DNA of 63,661 bases, the filler included, from Chiloscyllium plagiosum (lineage: Eukaryota), in NCBI RefSeq assembly GCF_004010195.1. It is 3 parts of one record of this genome, joined end to end, with 100 filler letters (N's around TTAATTAATTAA, not from the genome) between each part and the next. Parts side by side here need not be neighbours in the genome. Positions count along the whole stretch, not along the records: positions 1 to 29,310 come from NC_057714.1; positions 29,411 to 51,132 come from NC_057714.1; 1 more part is not named here. One strand, written 5' to 3'. Positions within the stretch are counted from its first letter, which is position 1. Every line of letters begins with the position of its first letter. Below, one piece after another: positions 24,031 to 36,029 of the stretch. The translations under genes were made by a program, and so were the position numbers. The notes beneath the pieces are model-generated. The model searched no databases. It was not told where the DNA came from and saw only the letters and a list, made by a program, of their open reading frames with translations.

Positions 24031-24217
24031 TGATTTGGAGATGCCAGTGTGGACTGGGGTGGACAAAGTTAAAAATCACACAACACCAGGTTATAGTCCA
24101 ACAGGTTTATTTGGAAGCACTAGTTTTCGAAACCACCTGATGAAGGAACAGTGCTCCGAAAGCTAGAGCTTCAAAATAAACCTGTTGGACTATAGCCTGG
24201 TGTTGTGTGAATTTTAA
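24031..24217. mobile_element. Fold-back PLE-derived insert (family A) with 9-bp TSD
   Basis: acttttcca at 24022-24030 and 24218-24226; inverted arms ~24066-24129 and 24157-24221. Confidence 0.85.
24134..24168 (+). ncRNA. Minimal hammerhead ribozyme motif (family A)
   Basis: cac-CTGATGA-a-GGAa-cagtg-cTCC-GAAA-GCTA-gag. Confidence 0.65.
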
Positions 24218-26039
24218 ACTTTTCCAGGCAGTATACCTCATCACCCAATAAGTGACAAACTTTTTTTCTCAAAACACCTCTGAACCTCCTGCTCCTTACT
24301 CTAAAACTATGCCCCCTCATGATTGACCCTTCAATCAAGGGAAACACTTATTGTCTAATTACCCTGTCCATATCCCTCATAATCTTATACGCCTCAATCA
24401 TATTCCCCCTCGGTCTTCTCTGCTCTAGAGAAAACAATCAAAACCTACCTAATCTTTCCTTATAACTCAATTTCTCTATTTCAGACAATGCCTGGTGAAC
24501 CTCCTCTATAGCCCCTCTAGTGTTATTACATCCTTCCTGCAGTAAGGTGACCAGAACTGCAGACAGTTACCTCCTTACTCTTAAACTCTATGCCACGTCT
24601 GATATAAGCAAGTTTCCCATATGCCTTCTTAGCTATCCTATTTACATGCTGCGCCAACTTCAGAGATGTGTGAATAGTTACTCCAAGATCCCTCTGTTCC
24701 TCTAAGCTACCCAGTGTCCTGCCATTCATTAAGTACTCCCTCATCTTGTTTTTTTTTCTTCCAAAGTGTTCAATACCATCTGCCACTGGTCTGCCTATCT
24801 GACCAACCCATCTGTATCTTCCTATAACCTACAATCATCTTCTTCACTATTAACCACTCTACCAATCTTGGTGTCAGCTGCAAATGTGCTTAATATCCCC
24901 CCTAAATTTTCATCTATATCATTAATGTATATAACAAACAATAAGGGTCCCAAAACTGGTCCTTGTGGTACACTGCTGGGCACCAGCCTCCAGTCACTCA
25001 AATAGCCTTTTACCATTATACTTTGTGGCCAATTACTCAGCCGGTTTCTGATCAATCTTGGCAAGTTTCCCTCAATTCCATGTGCTTTAACCTTCTCAAT
25101 CAGCCTCCCATGTGGGACCTTGTTCAAATGCTTTGCTAAAATCCATATAAATTATATCCACTGAACTTCCCTCATCCACACATTTGATCATATTTCCAGA
25201 AAATTCTAACAAATGTGTTAGACATGACCTCCCTCTAACAAAACCATGCTGACTTTCCCTAATTAACCTATGCCTTTCCAAATGGATATCAAAAATTTTC
25301 TCCAAAAGCTTCCCAATCACTGACATGAGACTTATCGGTCTGTAATTTGCTGATTCATTTCTACTACTTTTCTTGACAAGTGGAACACATTAGCTGTCCT
25401 CCAGTCCTCTGGCGCTTCCCCCATGGCCAGAGAGGAATTAAAATTTGTGTCAGAGGCCTTGCAATTTCCTGCCTTGCCTCCCACAGCAGTCTGGGATGCA
25501 ATTCATCCATGCCAGGGGGTTTATCTGTTTTAGCAAAGTCTCTAATACTTCCCCATTTCCTGTGTCAAACATTGCAAGTTCCTCACAGTCCCTTTTCCTG
25601 AATACTGTACCTATGTTCTTCTCTTCCAGAGTGAAGACTGAAGAGAAGTATTCATTTAACACCCTTCCAGTATCCTGCGGCTTCACACATCATTGGCCCT
25701 TTGGCCCTAATGAGTCCTGCTCTTTCCCTGGTTAACCTCTTCCCATTAGTGTATTTATAAAATATCTTAGGATTCTCCCTAATCCTGTCTGCGAGTCCTT
25801 TCTCATGCTCCCTTTGTGTTCTTCTAATTGCTTTTTTAAGTTTCCTCCTGCACTTTCTACATTCCTCCAGGACACAACTGAATTGCTCCCTCTGGACTTA
25901 CTAAAAGCCTTACGTTTCTTCTTCTTCCAGTCCTGAATTGGCCTAGACATCCATGGTTCTCTGAATATATTGCTCCTACATTTCCCTCTAAAGGGTATAC
26001 ATTGGACCTGTACTCTCCCCATCTCCTTTTTGAAGTTCC

Positions 26040-27030
26040 CTTGAGAAGGTACGTTCTTGAATTGCTACAGCCCATGTGTTATAGGAAGACACATAATAAT
26101 CTTAGGGATTGAATTCCAGAGATTTTGACACAGATGCAAAGATGGAACAATACATTTCTGTTTCAGGATGGTGAATGGCTTGGAGAGGATTTTGGAGGTG
26201 GTAGTGTTCCCATGAACCTACTGCCCTTGTTCTTCTAGATGGTAGTATCTTGGAAAGTGTTGACTAAGGATCTTTTGTGAATTTCTACATCTTGTAGATA
26301 GTACACACTGCTTCTACTGAGTGTCTGTGATAGAAGGAATGAATGTTTGTGGATGTGGAGCAAATCAAATGAGTTGCTTTGTCCTAGATGACAACAAGCT
26401 TCTTGAGCGTTGTTGGAGCTGCACCAAGTGGAACGTTTTCATCACATTCTGACTTGTGTCTTGTAGATGGTGGACAGACTTTAGGAAGTCATGAGGTGAG
26501 TTACTGCTGCAGCATTCCAAAGGTAATTGGATGATTTCTGGATAGGATGGGTTTAGAGGGATTGGGGCCAAATGCTGGGGAACGGGACTTGTTTAGACAT
26601 TGCATTTGTATGGCAAGTCCAGTTCACTTTGTGATCAATGGTAACCCCAGGGTGTTGATGGTGGGGGATTTAGTGATGGTAATGTCATTGAATGTCAAGG
26701 TGGTTAGATTGTCTCTTATTGAGCATGGTCATTACTTCACATTTACATGGTGTTCCTTGTCACTTGTTAGCCCAAGCCTGGATTCTATAGCATTTGAGTA
26801 TGGACTGCATCAGTATCTGAGTAGTTATGAATGATGCTGAACATTGTGCAATCACTGGTGAACATCCCCACTTCTGACCTTATGATGGAGGGAAGGTCAT
26901 TGATGAAACAATTGAAGATGGGTAGGCCGATGACACTACTCTTAGGAACTCCTTTAGACGTGTCCTGGATCTGAGATGACTGATCTCCAACAAACACAAC
27001 CATCTTCCAATATGTTAGATATGGCTCCAA
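26040..27030 (-). mobile_element. LINE RT/3' relic (second family)
   Basis: GVPKSSVIGLPIFNCFINDLPSIIRSEVGMFTSDCT (RT motifs); 3' part matches 13732-14135. Confidence 0.8.
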
Positions 27031-27490
27031 ACAATAATCTAACTATCTCTGTCTCCAAGTTTCTATCTGGAAAGAAGCTTACCCTTTGTTTCCAAAGAAG
27101 AAAACCATTGGATCTAGCTCACTGAGAAGACCATTACTGAACACAGAACTCCAGGAGGTTGTAACTCATGAGGACTGATTTTTTTAATACTCTGGATTTA
27201 CTAAAACTTATCATTTATAACCTATGTCCTCTCCTGTCCTGTCTGCCTTAAGTTCTTGAGTATTTGAGTGTGTGAATGGAATAGCAATGCAAATCCCTAT
27301 GGTTTGATTGATCAGGAGTAAAAAGGGAGAGGAGTAAATCAAACAGTATCTCATAGTCTCAGACTTAAGAGGATAAAGGCAATCAAATTTAACTTCACCC
27401 CATTCCCCCTTCGTTCATGACACAATATTCCATATTCCAATGGCTTAGTACATCATACTTTTGCAATTCAAACATGGTCATTAAGTGGTG

Positions 27491-27638
27491 CTGGAACTGT
27501 TCTGAGGAAGAGTCACTGGACCTGAAACATTAACTTTGATTTCTCTTTACAGATTCTGCCAGACCTGCTGAGCTTTTCCAGCAACTTCTGCTTTTCTTTC
27601 TGATTTACAGCATCGACAGTTCTTTCAGTTATTATTTA
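27491..27638 (+). mobile_element. PLE-derived terminal insert (family C) with degenerate hammerhead and 14-bp TSD
   Basis: gttctgaggaagagtcactggacctgaaacattaac; flanks gtcattaagtggtg (27477-27490) and gtcattaactggtg (27639-27652). Confidence 0.75.
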
Positions 27639-28084
27639 GTCATTAACTGGTGTTCTGAATGAGTAAAAAAATATATATCAAGCATCAGTGACCCGCTGTA
27701 CAGAAACACAACAATGCAGTGCAGTGCAACACTGTACAAACCTGTTACACTGAACATTAGGAAAGAGATGAAAGTGTTGTCCATAGTATTCATTATATCA
27801 GTCACTTATCTAATGCATATTCATAACTGTAGCTGGGCTAATGAAGAATAAGCTATAAACTGACTCGTTGAAGACAAGAGCAGTCTTTGCAACGACAGAC
27901 AATACTGTTTCATATTGAGATTTGTTTCTAGGTGCCCATGTAATAGATGACAAAGTTTTGCATATGTGTGAGCCTGCTGATCTAGAGAAAACCGGAGTGA
28001 TGAGCCTCCTGCTTTGCCAAGTGGACATTCTTAGATCTACACTAGTAATTGTGTTCCTCCTGATCTCTCTTGCCAGTCACCCTG

Positions 28085-28733
28085 ACAAAGATGGGTGGAG
28101 GGACAGGTAGTGGTGAGGAAGAGGGAAGTCTGCAGAAGCAGTTGGACAGACTAGGAGAATGGGCAGAGAATGTGCCATATTGAATATAATGTGGGAAAGT
28201 GTGAGATTATGCACTTTGGTAGGAAGAATAGAGGCATAGACGATATTCTAAATGGAGAAAGACTTTGGAAGTTTGAAGCACAAAGAGACTTAAGAGTCCT
28301 ATCTCAGATTCTCTTCACATTAGCATGCAGGTTCATTTGATAGTTAGGAAGGCAAATGCAATGTTAGCATTCACTTCAAGAAGGCTAGAATACATGAGCA
28401 GAGATGTACGATTGAGGTTGGATAAGGCTCTGGTCAGACCACATGTGGAATAGTGTGATCAGTTTTGGGCATCGTATCTAAGGAAGGATGTGTTGGCCTT
28501 GCAGGTGATTCAGAGGAGGGTTACAAGAATGATCCTGGGGTTGAAGAGTTTGTCATATGAAGAACAGTTGAGGACTCTAGGTCTGTATTCAATGGAGTTT
28601 AGAATGATGGTGATGGGGGTGGATTCTCATTGAAACTTGCAGAGTACTAAGAAGGCTGGATAGATTCGATGTTGAGAAGATGTTTTCACTAGTAGGACCA
28701 CTACGACCTGAGAGCACAGCGTCAGATTGAAGG
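28085..28733 (+). mobile_element. CR1 ORF2 C-terminal relic
   Basis: Degenerate LDRLGEWAE...KCEIMHFGRKN...LVRPHVE...RKDVLAL. Confidence 0.85.
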
Positions 28734-28736
28734 AAC

Positions 28737-29310
28737 TGTAATGATTGTAATGAGGTCAGCCAGGTGGACTAATTGGGGCTGTACATCTGGTCCAATCAGG
28801 AAGCCTTGGCTGACAGATATAAACAGGAGTGTCTCCCTCCAACTCTATTTTGATTTAGTCTGGACTAATTGGGGCTGTAAATCTGGTCCAATCAGGAAGC
28901 CTTGGCTGACAGATATAAACAGGAGTGTCTCCCTCCAACTCTATTTTGATTTAGTCCCTACCCTCCCCCTCACTGTTTTGATCACACAGCACTGCCCTTT
29001 GATGTGAAGGGCAGTGTTTGTCACTGGCCACTTGGGTGTTTGCCTATTGTGAGTGTATGTGCAAGGACTCTCCTTGAAGGGGACTATCCCTGGACCAGCT
29101 GCCCCACAGAGAAAAAATAAATAAATAAACAGGAGTGTCATACAGCACTGCCCCTTGATGTGAAGGGCAGTGTTTGTCACTGGCCACCTGGGTGTTTTCC
29201 TATCTTCCTGGTGGTGGAATTTGAATAAAGATTCGTGCACTTTGTGTCTTCCACTGTGTCTCACACCTGCACACACACACAATGGGTGCTGGGGAAATAA
29301 TAAGCACTAC
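28737..29310 (+). mobile_element. LTR 5' portion with stacked inserts at its TATA site (runs into gap)
   Basis: Begins TGtaatg at 28737; CCAAT box (ccaatcagg) followed by gaTATAAAcaggagtgtc; inserts at 28930-29124 and 29140-29310 separated by a repeat of ataaacaggagtgtc. Confidence 0.65.
28765..28956 (+). repeat. Tandem duplication 2 x 96 bp (one mismatch)
   Basis: 28765-28860 and 28861-28956 are identical except gtaCa/gtaAa. Confidence 0.95.
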
Positions 29311-29410
29311 NNNNNNNNNNNNNNNNNNNNNNNNNNNNNNNNNNNNNNNNNNNNTTAATTAATTAANNNNNNNNNNNNNNNNNNNNNNNNNNNNNNNNNN
29401 NNNNNNNNNN

Positions 29411-30029
29411 GGAATGGTGACAGTGGGATTTGTGTGGGGGGGGGCATGTCAGCAGAATGCAGGAGAGTGGCATTGTTGGGGGCGGAAGTGGTTGCAAACA
29501 TGACAGTGGGGGGTGGAACTTACTGAGCATGTGACATCAGCGATGATGTGAGGGGTGGAAGTGATGTCACGTGTGGTGCATGAGGAATTGTGAGGGGCGG
29601 AAGTGACTGTGGAAGTGGTCATGATGGGGGCGGAAGTGATGTCATCAATCACCGTGGGGATGGTAGCTGCACCAGCTGCATGGCTAATGGCGTCCAAGCA
29701 GTTCCAGAGGCCAGGGGAATCTTCTGGAATGTTTGAAGAGCACTGGTTATGGAGGTGGGTAGATAAAAGTTTGTTGTACTTACAGTTTTTGATGTTTCAG
29801 ACGGTGTTGAAATACTGTTTGTTGAGAGTATGAATTCTCCTGAAGATATAGTAAAGGAGGGCTCCTTTGCAATTCTGAGAGAGTGTGGCCCTCAGCTAAG
29901 GCAGGGCTGACTGTAGAGAGGTTAGGTGCCGGCGCATTGCTGCAAGTGTGGAGCAGAGGATCTTGAAGGAGAACCATTGCTGGTGTTTTTGAATCTGTAG
30001 TCTGTACTGTATGTCCTGTTCGCATCCGA
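29411..30029 (-). pseudogene. Probable PLE ORF N-terminal region with Thr/Ser/Ala/Pro repeats
   Basis: Manual translation FGCEQDIQYRLQIQKHQQWFSFKILCSTLAAMRRHLTSLQSALP*LRATL...KYNKLLSTH, then ...ITSAPIMTTSTVTSAP; the PLE assignment is from recall, not a search. Confidence 0.55.
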
Positions 30030-30032
30030 ACT

Positions 30033-30071
30033 CACTGTAAGTAATCTAATCTAATCTAAGTAATCTAATCT
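30033..30071 (+). repeat. Isolated HE1-type SINE 3' tail
   Basis: cactgtaagtaatctaatctaatctaagtaatctaatct, the same tail as 19825-19842. Confidence 0.75.
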
Positions 30072-30529
30072 GTGGAACATCTAGGTCATGTCAATCCTAG
30101 TAGCACAGCTTTCTCTAAGTTTCTTCCATCCACCCATACAATAACACCCCAGCACCAGTATGATTGGCTCTGGTGAAAATCACCCAGCTCTACAGTGTGG
30201 TCGGCGTTAGGGTTAGAGTTAGGTTTTTTTGTAGCTCATAACAAAAAAGCTTTATTTTATTTGAAATTTTAGTCCCTACATGGTCTGACTGCAGTTTGAA
30301 ACCCAATCTTCGAATTGTCTTCTGCTTCCTTTGCAATTCAGGTTTATATTCAGGAATTCAAGTTTACAACCCTTCCCTAGAAAATCTAAGCCAAGTTTTG
30401 CTTCTGTTAGGGATTGTCACTAAGATATAGGCTTTAAGTACATTTTATTGTATATCTTATATTGAGGCCTGGGCATGTCTTTCAGATGAATGTCAAATAT
30501 CCCATACCACAATACAAAAAAAACTCAGC

Positions 30530-31105
30530 ATGTTCTCCTGGTATCTCAATCAGTGTCTAACCTTTAATAACAATGACAAAAGCAGAATATAAAGCTGTTA
30601 ATTGTAACGCTGTTTGTTGGTGTCTCTTGCTGACAAATTCAATGTCACATTGTTTTTTTTTTACAAGTGGCTATATTTCAGAAATATTTAACTGGCTCTG
30701 AAGCTCATTGGATTAACCTTAGGTTACTAAAACATTATATAAGTGCAAGTTCTTTCTATCTTTTGAGATTATTCTTATATAATCATCAGTCTAAACTTTC
30801 ATGGAACATTCCAAGGACAAGAAGATGCAATAAGATATGGGAAAGGGACAGATGACTAACGAAATACTTTTTGAAACACAGCTGTCAATTTAAACACAGC
30901 ACATATTCTGTTTCATTTGTGTAACAAACAGCAAAGACAAAAGACCAAAGATGAATTTTATCTTGCATTATGTTGGTCGAGGATCAGACATTGGTTAGGG
31001 CACTGAAATAATTTCCCCGTTCATTTTCAAATATTATCATAAAATCTTCCTCCTCCATCTGAGAGCATAGATGGGACTTCAGTGTAACATCTTTCCCAAC
31101 AGCTG
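30530..31105. mobile_element. Two degenerate Deu-domain SINE relics in opposite orientations (30530-30760 +, 30960-31105 -)
   Basis: gctgtttgttggtgtctcttgctgacaaatt...tatataagtgcaagttctttct; tgttggtcgaggatcagacattgg...catctgagagcatagatgggacttcagtgtaacatc. Confidence 0.5.
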
Positions 31106-32784
31106 ATTGTATTTCTAAATTTCAGATAGACTTGCATCTTCAATCTTCTAATCAAACTATAGGGTACAACTACCAAGCCATTGTTTACAACAGTTCTGAT
31201 ATAAATAAAATCATTTTATGGCAACATGTTAACTGGAGCTGTGCCAGAGAATTAAATCATTTTACAGTTCCAGATAGGATCAGTGTTTAGAATTGTCTGA
31301 AAACAGATAAGACCACAATGGTTCAAAGAGTTCTGTTGTTTTGGGAAATGTTGTCCAGTTGATCCAATTGGCACAACACCCAACAACGTAAGGCATCTGG
31401 CATAAGACTGACATACTCTAGATTTTAAAAAGTATAGATTAATCATCTCTGTGATAGGTCCAAAATGTAATATCACGGTTGCAAATGTCATCAATATCAT
31501 CAAATCAAATAAGATATTTCCTCTGCTACTTTCTGACTCTCATCAGAACAGAATTCCCCAATTACCTTAAATGGGAAAGACACCCATTCCTCATATGTAT
31601 TCCTTCAAACATATTTCAGTGGTCATACATTCACCTTGGGATTAAAGTGATTGCACGATCAAATCCCACTCTACAAACTTGATTGTGTAATCTAAGTTAG
31701 TCCTCCAGGCAGAGTGGAAGGAAGGCTCAATTGTTAGAGAAATCAGCTTTTAGTCAAGATGTGAAATCAAGGTCTCATCTGCTCTCTCGCATGATTGCAC
31801 AGAGGAAGTGATGGCCTAGTGGTGTTATTGTTGAGCTATTTAACCAGGTACAATTTTTGGGACCCTGGATCAAACCCCACCATGGATAAGGTCAGTTAGC
31901 CACCTTGAGTGGTTACAGTCTGGATCCTCTCCTTGTAAGGAATGATGAGACAAATATAAGGCAGCCCATTCTCCTCCTGGAATGAGAGAGAGGCAGCCAT
32001 TAAGGGAGATGAAAATGATTGGTACAGTGTTACTGTTTGTACAGGTGGTGAGGTGTCACATGTGATAAAGTAAGCAGCACAGAGGGCATGCAGGGTTAGT
32101 GGTGTCAGGGGGGGTAGGCTAGTGGAGAGTGAGTGAGGGAAGATGTTAGAGGCAACAGTGAGATGGTAGAGCATGAGTCTTGATGAGAGGTGGACATGGT
32201 AGCAGAGATGGAGGGAGTGAGAGATATTGGATAGAAGATGGTGCCTCTTACTTTTGCACAGTGGGTATTTTAATATCAGGAAATATTGATATAATTTACA
32301 GGATTATAGTATTGCTTTAACTATTCTTAGGTAGAATTTTGCTAGTCATTCCCACAGGCATCTTACAATGAGGGGTGTGCCCTTCTCAATTTCCAACAAT
32401 ATCATGGTACTTCTTTAAGAAATTCATTGGATATTTATGACTTCCTCCATCACCCACTCCTGACATGTGTTTCCACATCTTATAGGGTGTTCAGTAAGAA
32501 AACATTTGTCAAGAAAAAGTCAGGCATGTATCATTGAACTGCTTTAATTCACAATGACCATCCAAATATGGACAGTTTAGATCTTACATCAATCAATGCA
32601 TCTGCCTTTATACATTTCTATGAAATATCTAATGTTTACAAAGATATTTAACAATTGTTATTGTTTTTCAGACAATTGGAAAGGGAAATGGTATTTATTA
32701 AAGCTAGGAACAAGTTGGAGAGGCAGAACAGAACAGTAATACGTGGACTGAGATGGGCAGAACAGACTGTAGTGACTGGATGGT

Positions 32785-33065
32785 CACAGAATCACAGAAT
32801 TATTACAGTGCAGAGTGTAGCCATTCTGCACATCATGCCTGCACAGCTCTCCAAATGAGCTGTTCTCTTAGTGCTATCTCCCCATCTATTCTTCATTACA
32901 CTTCATTTCCAGATATCAATCTAATTCCCTTTGAAAGCCTCATTTGAACCCAGCTCCACCAAACACTTAGCTGCTGTATTCGAGATCCTATTCCTTTACT
33001 TCATAAAAAACCTTTTCCTCATGTGTTTTTGCCTCTTTTGCCAATTACTTTAGATCGGTGTCCTA
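32785..33065 (-). mobile_element. Old CR1 3' end
   Basis: cacagaatcacagaa tail and ctccaccaaacacttagctgctgtattcgagatcc, typical of reversed CR1 ends in this window. Confidence 0.55.
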
Positions 33066-33519
33066 CAATATTTGTAGATTTTTTGGTGCTTATTTTCACG
33101 ATAATGATTAATCATACTTTCGTCCAATGACAGCATAATGAATTGCCATTAAATGACCTTCATCTTAATTCCTTCCTTTCTCTGCCAATTTCATTCTTCC
33201 CCTCTCACAGGACTGACCTTCTTGCCATGTTTTGGTCCCACAGGTTGAGTTAGAAGAACAGAACTATATTTAGACTGAACAAACCTCAGTCCAGATGTTA
33301 GGTCACTGAGTTTCTGAGTTAAACAATGAATCATCACACCTTGGTGACATGCCCAGAGAAATTACATGAAATTCAGTTGAACTCAGTGCCTCCCACCAAC
33401 AACTCATCCACCCCTCTCTGACACCCTTACGCCACGTATCATGGGGCCCCACAACCGCAGTTATTAGAAAACAATTTTGAAAGGAATGGAACATGAGAAG
33501 ATAACACAAGAGTCAGGAG

Positions 33520-33850
33520 TTTTATTTCATTCACTAATGAGATGTGCACATGCTGGCTGGCCAGCATTTATTGCTCATCCCGAGTTGTCCTTGGGAAGGC
33601 CTATTCCTGATGAAGGGCTTTTGCCTGAATCATCGATTTTCCTGCTCCTCGGATGCTGCCTGACCTGCTGTGCTTTTCCAGCACCACTCTAATCTAGACT
33701 CTGGTTTCCAGCATCTGCAGTCCTTGTTTTTACCCTTGGGAAGGTGGTGGTGAGCTGCCTTCTTGAACCGCTACAGGCCATTTACTGTAGGTAGATCCAC
33801 AACATCATTAGAGAAGGATTTCCAGGATTTTGACCCAGCAACACCGAATG
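33520..33850 (-). mobile_element. LINE 3' end (second family), split by a PLE insert
   Basis: gctggctggccagcatttattgc...[insert]...aaggtggtggtgagctgccttcttgaaccg. Confidence 0.8.
33600..33733 (+). mobile_element. PLE-derived terminal insert (family B) with mutated hammerhead and 11-bp TSD
   Basis: ccttgggaagg at 33589-33599 and 33734-33744; ctgatgaagggcttttgcctgaatcatcg. Confidence 0.85.
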
Positions 33851-34074
33851 AACCTTCTCCAATGCAAATCAAGGTGCAATGATATTAATATAAGCCTGTG
33901 CAAATTTTTGATAAAAATGAGTGGTGCAATGCTGTGCATTTTTCACCAGCCAGTGGATTTGTTAAACAACACAGAATCATAGAATGCCCAAGGTGCGGAA
34001 AAAGGCCATTCCACCTAATTGGTGCCTTAAAGGTTTAGCAGGTAAGATAAAATTGCCATCGGGTGCTCTCCCAT

Positions 34075-34240
34075 AAGAGAGAAACAACTTGTAGTGAGTT
34101 CAACATGAGAGTCACCACACAGCAGGTGAGGGGCAGGTTTGAGAAAGCTGGACCTTCCTAGTGACCTTAACCAATACAGGAATTGAACCCATGCTATTGT
34201 GTCACCAACCAGCCATTCAGCCGACTAAACTAACTGACCC
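34075..34240 (-). mobile_element. tRNA-derived SINE (same family as 2777-2960)
   Basis: ggaattgaacccatg...cagccgactaaactaactgaccc is the reverse complement of the head at 2777. Confidence 0.7.
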
Positions 34241-34657
34241 AGTTCATCAGGCAGCCGCTCAACAATAGATACGTTCAACTGTTAAAACTATTTCTGTGTG
34301 GTTCTGACCTCTCATCCCCATAAAAATAAACCCTCTCACTGCACTCCCCAAACTCCACAACATATGTTTGGGATTGCTTTCTAAAATCACCAGATTGTTA
34401 CAGTCCACCATGTCCAAATGAACATCTCAGCTCATATCATTCATCCTGAATTCTTCCTATAATCCTGCCCATTGTTCCTTTGTAAATAAACTTTGAATTC
34501 TCTCCTGATTATCTCGATTGAACCCACCTCACCCGCACTCTTGAGGCAGTACATCCAGGATCCTAGGCACTTGTTGCATTTAAATCTTTTTCCTCACATC
34601 ATTTTTGCTTCTTTTACAAGTTCCTTTTCATGACTGGGAATTTCTCCTCCCTATTTA

Positions 34658-34831
34658 CAGAGGAACCTCAATTATCCACCATTCGATTATCCAAATTTTG
34701 AATTATCCAAACAAGACTGCAAGGTCTTGGCTTGGCTAAACGGTGTTATCCAGCATTCAATTATTCAAAAATTTGATTATCCAAACAAAATACTCCCCAC
34801 CCGTATTGTTCTGATAATCGAGATTCCTCTG
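34658..34831. mobile_element. Tigger/pogo-type (Tc1/mariner) MITE
   Basis: TA|cagaggaacctcaattatc ... gataatcgagattcctctg|TA (19-bp TIR, 2 mismatches, TA TSD); internal attatcca subrepeats. Confidence 0.85.
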
Positions 34832-36029
34832 TACTCTGTACGGACCGCTCATAATTCTAAATAGCTCCATCATATCCCCTCGTAGCCAACTCTTCTTCAA
34901 TGAGAATAGTCCCAGCATCTACCCTCATAATCTGAGATGGATCAACATTTTCACACCCCTTATCATTTTAAATGTATAGGACTAAGGGATACTTGCCAAA
35001 TGTAGGTATATGGAGTTTGGCCATTGATCAGCCATGAAGATCGTATGGTGAACATGAAGATCGTGTGGTGTCTTGAATGGATTGCGCTGACCTTGCACTA
35101 CCCAGCTTCCACTCAACCACAGCTGTGAAAATCTATCCCAGTTTGTGTACCAAATGGATGTTCATACACTAGTTTATTTTTATTTTTACTGCTGACAAGC
35201 AGAATGTAGTAGCAGCAGCATGAATGGGGCAAGTGGCAGAAATGATCCACTGTGATGAGGAGCTTTGTTTGGATTTGTGTTGTGAGTCAGCTGCCAATTC
35301 ACAATGATATCCAAAATGTACTGGTTTGCCCTGAGGTAAGTCTGGTTCACATCAGTGCTGATTCAGCTTTTGCAATTCACACAATTTAAAATGCCTATGA
35401 AGGGTGGGTTTTCAGACAAGCTTAACCTCCAGCTGCCACGCTATCCTAAAATTATTCTGCACTCCAAATAATAAAAGAAAATGTCAATACAAGACCGATA
35501 ATGATCATTACATATCTGACATAGTGAGTGAATGATGACAAAGCCAAAAGTAATTATTTTGATGTTTAAAAAAAACCCTACCCAATATATATACTTGGAC
35601 GTGAGTTACCCTAAACTACATGAATGTCTTGCACTTTCAAAGAAATGATTCAGCCATCACTTCCAAAGAATGTGTTCTGCAGCGTGGAAAATATTTTCTA
35701 GAATACTCCAGAGACTTCTGGATTTATAAAAAGAAGTGGTATTTTTGTGTGGGAAATCTAACATAGAAACATCTTCAACATCATTTAGAAAATTACTTTT
35801 TAGTCTATATAATTATCACCCACTATTTTCCCTGCCGTCTACCTTATCCTTTTTCTGCTTTCACTCCCTTGCCCTCTCTCCATCTCATAGGCCTGATGAT
35901 AATGACACAGAGCACGTCATTTGTTGAGGTAAATCAATTTATTATTGGAAATTATTTGTGCCTGATTTCAGCAATCATTTTGAACTTCACACCAGACAGA
36001 TTATCATCAAGCTAATGAACCTTAGACTG

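Larger units (their letters stand above)
23840..26040 (-). mobile_element. Older CR1 LINE ORF2 relic
   Basis: SQHGFVRGRSCLTHLLEF, IYMDFSKAF, VPQGPVLGPLLFVIYIND, FAADTKIG. Confidence 0.9.

Noticed and set aside
28741..29007. ORF with a 32-aa tandem repeat (WTNWGC.SGPIRKPW...)
   Set aside because: A by-product of the 96-bp DNA duplication in an LTR
29311..29410. ttaattaattaa palindrome inside an N run (also at 51133-51232)
   Set aside because: Both are exactly 44 N + TTAATTAATTAA + 44 N = 100 bp, an artificial scaffolding linker with stops in all frames, not biology
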